Virus record (IMG/VR): IMGVR_UViG_3300042473_000519
DNA from: an uncultured virus (IMG/VR IMGVR_UViG_3300042473_000519)
Taxonomy: Duplodnaviria > Heunggongvirae > Uroviricota > Caudoviricetes
Length of the DNA stretch: 64,000 bases
Reading direction: 5' to 3' (one strand)
Shown here: positions 59,508-64,000 of the stretch, one piece after another
Position numbering within the stretch: the first letter of the stretch is position 1
How the letters are laid out: each line of letters begins with the position of its first letter
Translations under genes and position numbers: made by a program
The notes under the pieces: generated by a model
Seen by the model: only the letters and a program-made list of their open reading frames with translations
Databases searched by the model: none
What the model was told of the DNA's origin: nothing

Positions 59508-62500
59508 ATGACTACAGATTTTAAAATAGCAAGAATTAGATATACCTGGAAAGGTAACTGGGCTGCTGCCACAGAATATGTCAAAGACGATGTAGTAGCG
59601 TACGGCGGCAAAACATTCATTTGTTTTGTTACACATACCAGCGGCTCTACATTTGCACCTGCATTGGCAGCTGCAACATGGGTACTGATGTTAGACGGAT
59701 ATGCTTGGAGAAGTACTTGGGCTACTAGCACATTGTACAATCCAGGTGACTTGGTTCGTTACAACGGCATTGTTTACAGATGCTTGTTATCGCATACCAG
59801 CAGCGGCATAACAACTTCGGGTGTTGCAGGCCCTGACACCATTTCGGGATTGGAGGCTAATATTTCCAGATGGGAAACAGTGGCCAAATCAGATTACTGG
59901 ACACAAGATTGGACAACAAGCACACGATATAAAATTAACGACCTTGTAAAATACGGTGCCACTGTGTACAGATGTACAGCTCCTCACAATAGTGTGGCAT
60001 CGTATGCCAGCGGTTTAGAAGCAGACATTGGAGTCTGGCAAGTTGTATATCAACAAAATGATTTTAAGGGTACTTGGACCACTGCCATTCGTTACAAAGT
60101 TAACGATGTAGTCAAATATGGTGGATCGTTATGGATTGCCACAGCAGGTCATACCGCAACAGCATTTGCCGCTAATCTAGCCAATTGGTCAGTGTATTTA
60201 GATGGTTTACAAATTGAATCTGCAACATGGGATAATATAACACCGTATCAACGCGGCGATGTTGTATCTTATGGTGGATATGCATATCGTGCAGAGCAAA
60301 ATAATGAAAATCAAACACCGTTTAACAATTTGAGTTATTGGTCTATTGTAGTAGCAAACTATAATTTTGTAGGAGATTATGTAGCCACTACCAGCGGCCC
60401 ATCTCCAGTTGCTATTCAATACAAAGTAGGTGACGTTGTGAGAGTAGGCGGCTACTTGTATGTTGCTACAGCAGATAATACACTTCAAGAACCTCCAAAT
60501 GTAGGTTATTGGAAAGTAGTTAACCAAGGTTCAAAATGGCGAGGCCCGTGGTTCGAGCTAACAACAGACCTAATCCCAACTGCAACTCAATACAAATTAG
60601 GCGATATTGTTGGCTACGGTCCTAGCACATTTCAATGCACCTTGGCCCACGGAGCAACAGCTGGCAGTAGACCAGATACTGATATTGGCGGCGGCACCAC
60701 TGGTACTTACTGGACTATTCTAGTACAAGGTACAACAACCAACGTAATGACCAGCCCTGCTGATATGATTTATTATAATGCAGGTGCCAAAACTAGATTA
60801 GCAGCCGGCACTGACGGACAAGTATTAAAAGTATCTGGTAATAGTCCAGTATGGGGACTATGGGGCGTTAGAACAAAAGTTTATTATGTTTCACTGGCAG
60901 GAACTGATGCACCAGGTTACGGTACTTCATTAGACAAACCGTTTAGAACTGTCAAATATGCTTGTAATAATGTAACTGGAACAGCAACTATATACATTAA
61001 ATCTGGCGTATATTCAGAAGAGCTGCCTATCACTATACAATCCAATGTTGCACTAGTTGGAGATGAGTTAAGAGGAACCGTTATTCAACCAACGACTGGC
61101 TACACAACTAGTAATATGTTTTATATGCGGGATGGTACTGTTCTAAAAAATATGACACTTCAGGGATTGAGAGGTACACTAGGTACAGCAAATAGTTTTG
61201 GAACACAACGCCCCACAGCCGGTGCGTATGTAAGTTTGGATCCAACCGGCATTGCAGATTCAGCAGCACAAATTATATATCGTAGTCCTTACGTGCAGAA
61301 CGTTACAACTTTTGGAACTGGCTGTATTGGCATGAAGGTAGACGGTGCGTTACATGGTGGGGGCAACAAATCTATTGTGGCCAACGACTTCACACAGGTA
61401 ATTAGTGATGGCATTGGTATGTGGATTACTAACGGTGGCCGTGCTGAATTAGTTTCAGTATTCACGTATTATGCACACATTGGATATCTGGCGGAAAACG
61501 GCGGCAAAATTCGTGCCACTAACGGCAACAATAGCTACGGAGATTTTGGGTCAGTAGCAGAAGGCACGCTGGCAACGGAGACTCCTATCCTAGGAACAAT
61601 TAACAACGGTGGGTCGCATGCAGTTGTTGGTTTTGTATTCACAGACGGTTCTAAGATTTTAGGATTTGAATATGACAATGCAGGAGTTAGTTATGACAGT
61701 TCAACAACATTTTCATTTACTGGTTCAGGATTAAGTGCCGCATCTAGCACTGCTGTAGTAAGAGATGGTGGAGTATACGAAATTAGATTAACAGACATAA
61801 CTTCGTCTGGCAGTTACGGCGGTGGTGGCTATTTAAGTGTTATTAATTATGCACAGGCAGGTAGCGGATCTTCTGGAACAATTTATCTTTCAGCGGGAGA
61901 TTCAAATGTGCAAAGTAACTATCTAGGAATGCGTATTGTTATTATTTCAGGAAGAGGTGCAGGACAATACGGATATATTAGTTCATACAGTGCAACAACT
62001 AAATTAGCCACTATATTAAAAGAAAGTAACGGAACAGCTGGTTGGGATGCTATGCAAAGTGTTAATGCAGTGGTAGATCTTGATACCACAAGCCAGTACA
62101 GTATTGAACCTAGAATCACATTTAGTGCTCCAGGGTCTGGAACTAGAGCACAAGCAAGAGCCGTGGTAACATCTGGCCGGATTAGTAAATTTAGAGTATT
62201 TGAACCTGGCTCCGGATACGCATCTGCACCAACAATAGTTATCGGTGATCCAAATGGTTCTGGAGTAGAGTATCAAATTAGGATCGGAAACGGAGTATTG
62301 GCTACGCCCACTTTTAGTAATAGAGGAACTGGATATTTGACATCAAGTGCAATTATTACCGGCGGCACTGGCTACCAAGATGCGTACCAATACGGTTCAT
62401 ACCTTTATGTTAGTGGCCTTACATCGGTTCCTGGCCCTGGAGCAAACGTAAACTTTCTTAGTACAAGCACTAATTTTAGATTGGTAGCAGCCGAACATAT

Positions 62501-63182
62501 AACAGGAACTGGTCCATACTCTGCTAGATTTACCGTTTATCCTGAAATATTGTTAGCCGAAGCACCACCACAAGGTCAAACAGTTACTATTACAACTAAC
62601 TATAGCCAAACACGATTAACTGGACACGATTTCTTAGAAATTGGTACAGGAAATACCGCTGAGACAAATTATCCAAATATCGACGTAAGCGAAGTTAAAC
62701 CGCAAAACCTGGCAGTAGAAAGTGGTGGTGGCCGAGTGTTCTACACAGCAACAGATCAAGACGGTAACTTCCGTGTTGGTAACTTGTTTAAAGTTGAACA
62801 AGCCAGCGGAACAGCAACATTAAATGCCAGCTTCTTCCAACTTAACGGGCTTTCTCAATTAACACTGGGCGGCATTGTGCTTGGTGGAACTAGTGCAACA
62901 GTTACTGAAATCTCAACAGATGCAACATTGCCTGCAAACAGCGACAATGTATTAGTAACACAGCGAGCAATTAAATCATATATTGCAAGTAGAATTGGTG
63001 GAGGCGGTGCAAACGTAAATGTTAACGAAGCAACAGCGGGCCAAATTAAAATTGCAACATCAAATCAAATAACAAACACTCTTGGTACTGCAATTAATTT
63101 TAAAAGTAAAGTTAATTTTACAGGTGGAGTAAGTGGTAATATGTTGGCAACAGCTTCATTTATATCAAGCGGAGCACGTTAA
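59508..63182 (+). CDS. Large fibre/spike with carbohydrate-binding-like repeats and a beta-helix-like region
   Basis: About 7 repeats of W..Y..D.V.YGG..Y.C..H (CBM5/12-like). YYVS..GTD..G..KPFRTVKYA and IKSGVYSE.LP..VALVGD mark a pectin-lyase-like entry. Confidence 0.7.
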   Translation: MTTDFKIARIRYTWKGNWAAATEYVKDDVVAYGGKTFICFVTHTSGSTFAPALAAATWVLMLDGYAWRSTWATSTLYNPGDLVRYNGIVYRCLLSHTSSGITTSGVAGPDTISGLEANISRWETVAKSDYWTQDWTTSTRYKINDLVKYGATVYRCTAPHNSVASYASGLEADIGVWQVVYQQNDFKGTWTTAIRYKVNDVVKYGGSLWIATAGHTATAFAANLANWSVYLDGLQIESATWDNITPYQRGDVVSYGGYAYRAEQNNENQTPFNNLSYWSIVVANYNFVGDYVATTSGPSPVAIQYKVGDVVRVGGYLYVATADNTLQEPPNVGYWKVVNQGSKWRGPWFELTTDLIPTATQYKLGDIVGYGPSTFQCTLAHGATAGSRPDTDIGGGTTGTYWTILVQGTTTNVMTSPADMIYYNAGAKTRLAAGTDGQVLKVSGNSPVWGLWGVRTKVYYVSLAGTDAPGYGTSLDKPFRTVKYACNNVTGTATIYIKSGVYSEELPITIQSNVALVGDELRGTVIQPTTGYTTSNMFYMRDGTVLKNMTLQGLRGTLGTANSFGTQRPTAGAYVSLDPTGIADSAAQIIYRSPYVQNVTTFGTGCIGMKVDGALHGGGNKSIVANDFTQVISDGIGMWITNGGRAELVSVFTYYAHIGYLAENGGKIRATNGNNSYGDFGSVAEGTLATETPILGTINNGGSHAVVGFVFTDGSKILGFEYDNAGVSYDSSTTFSFTGSGLSAASSTAVVRDGGVYEIRLTDITSSGSYGGGGYLSVINYAQAGSGSSGTIYLSAGDSNVQSNYLGMRIVIISGRGAGQYGYISSYSATTKLATILKESNGTAGWDAMQSVNAVVDLDTTSQYSIEPRITFSAPGSGTRAQARAVVTSGRISKFRVFEPGSGYASAPTIVIGDPNGSGVEYQIRIGNGVLATPTFSNRGTGYLTSSAIITGGTGYQDAYQYGSYLYVSGLTSVPGPGANVNFLSTSTNFRLVAAEHITGTGPYSARFTVYPEILLAEAPPQGQTVTITTNYSQTRLTGHDFLEIGTGNTAETNYPNIDVSEVKPQNLAVESGGGRVFYTATDQDGNFRVGNLFKVEQASGTATLNASFFQLNGLSQLTLGGIVLGGTSATVTEISTDATLPANSDNVLVTQRAIKSYIASRIGGGGANVNVNEATAGQIKIATSNQITNTLGTAINFKSKVNFTGGVSGNMLATASFISSGAR

Positions 63183-63192
63183 AATGTATATT

Positions 63193-63200
63193 GATAAATA
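63193..63200 (+). promoter_or_regulatory. Late promoter (GATAAATA)
   Basis: Intergenic, upstream of ATG 63227 with GGAG SD. Confidence 0.6.
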
Positions 63201-63226
63201 TTTAGAACTTAAATCTGGAGTAGAAT

Positions 63227-64000
63227 ATGGCAGAGTTTAAATTAGGTAGGATTAGATTTGTCTGGAAAGGTGTCTGGGCGGGAACTACCACATACGTAAA
63301 AGACGACGTAGTTAGAGTTAGTGGTAAAGTATATATTTGTACCACAGGGCACACAAGCTCGGCAGATTTTTATACTGATTTAGCATCAAAGTGGAACATT
63401 ACCGCCGACGGCCAAACATGGAGAGGCACTTGGACCACTCCTACATATTACAATATTAATGACCTTGTGCAATATGGCGGCCGCGTTTATATTTGTAACA
63501 CAGGTCATACCAGCAGTACTACATTAGAAACAAATCAAAGCAACTGGACACTGTTTGCCAGTGCATTTAATTGGACTGGATCTTGGTCACAAACTACAAC
63601 ATACAAAGTTGGAGATGTTGTCAAGTACGGAGCATCGGTTTACATTTGTAATGCCGCACATACTAGCCAATCTACTTCAATAGGATTAGAAGGTGATACA
63701 TCATCTTGGGATTTAGTCAACAGAAGTTTTGACTATAAAACAGACTGGTCAGGCACAACACGTTACAAACTTAATGATGTTGTCAAGTACGGTGCTGATT
63801 TATGGATTTGCACAACATACCACACATCTGCTGGCACATTTGACGATACCAAATGGGCAATATTTGTAGAAGGTTTGCAATTTGAAAGCACATGGAGTGG
63901 TGTAACAACTTACCAAAAAGGCGATGTTGTTACATACGGCGGCTATAGTTATGTGGCTCTGCAAAATCATACAAATCAAACTCCTAGTACAGCAACATTG
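63227..64000 (+). CDS. Partial fibre protein, paralog of 59508..63182 (runs off the window)
   Basis: MAEFKLGRIRFVWKGVW..YVKDDVV followed by the same repeat type. Not in the ORF track because no stop codon lies in the window. Confidence 0.8.
   Translation, partial: MAEFKLGRIRFVWKGVWAGTTTYVKDDVVRVSGKVYICTTGHTSSADFYTDLASKWNITADGQTWRGTWTTPTYYNINDLVQYGGRVYICNTGHTSSTTLETNQSNWTLFASAFNWTGSWSQTTTYKVGDVVKYGASVYICNAAHTSQSTSIGLEGDTSSWDLVNRSFDYKTDWSGTTRYKLNDVVKYGADLWICTTYHTSAGTFDDTKWAIFVEGLQFESTWSGVTTYQKGDVVTYGGYSYVALQNHTNQTPSTATL

Noticed and set aside
1..64000. Stop-codon reassignment
   Set aside because: The standard code gives long, abutting ORFs, including one of 4866 aa.

Overview
AT-rich segment of a large T4-like (myovirus-type) dsDNA phage genome that is almost fully coding. 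From left to right: a minus-strand block with a glycosyltransferase-like cluster (1-5 kb), tail fibres (5-12 kb), a 4866-aa baseplate-associated protein, and gp6/gp25/gp5/hub/gp53/tube-initiator-like baseplate genes (12-36 kb). A plus-strand operon from a sigma70-type promoter follows, with the late sigma gp55, gp47/gp46 (Mre11/Rad50-like), a small Hc1-like protein and a compact GIY-YIG nuclease. Next come a ~500-nt hairpin-rich non-coding region, a putative internal head protein, a gp26-like chaperone, a tape-measure-like gene, the head module (portal gp20, core proteins, protease gp21, scaffold gp22, major capsid gp23) and more fibre/structural genes. T4-type late promoters (NATAAATA) lie in most intergenic gaps. 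I saw no tRNA, rRNA, CRISPR array or transposase. The strongest leads are: (1) a candidate large structured RNA starting at the GIY-YIG stop codon, with complementary loops and an alternative long-range helix; (2) a candidate programmed -1 frameshift joining the gp26-like gene to a gp51-like ORF that has no start codon near its 5' end, analogous to lambda G/GT; (3) two pseudoknot-capable 5' leaders; (4) a glycosyltransferase cluster next to the fibre genes. All protein assignments come from motif recognition and gene order, and all RNA structures were folded by eye. No searches or folding programs were run.
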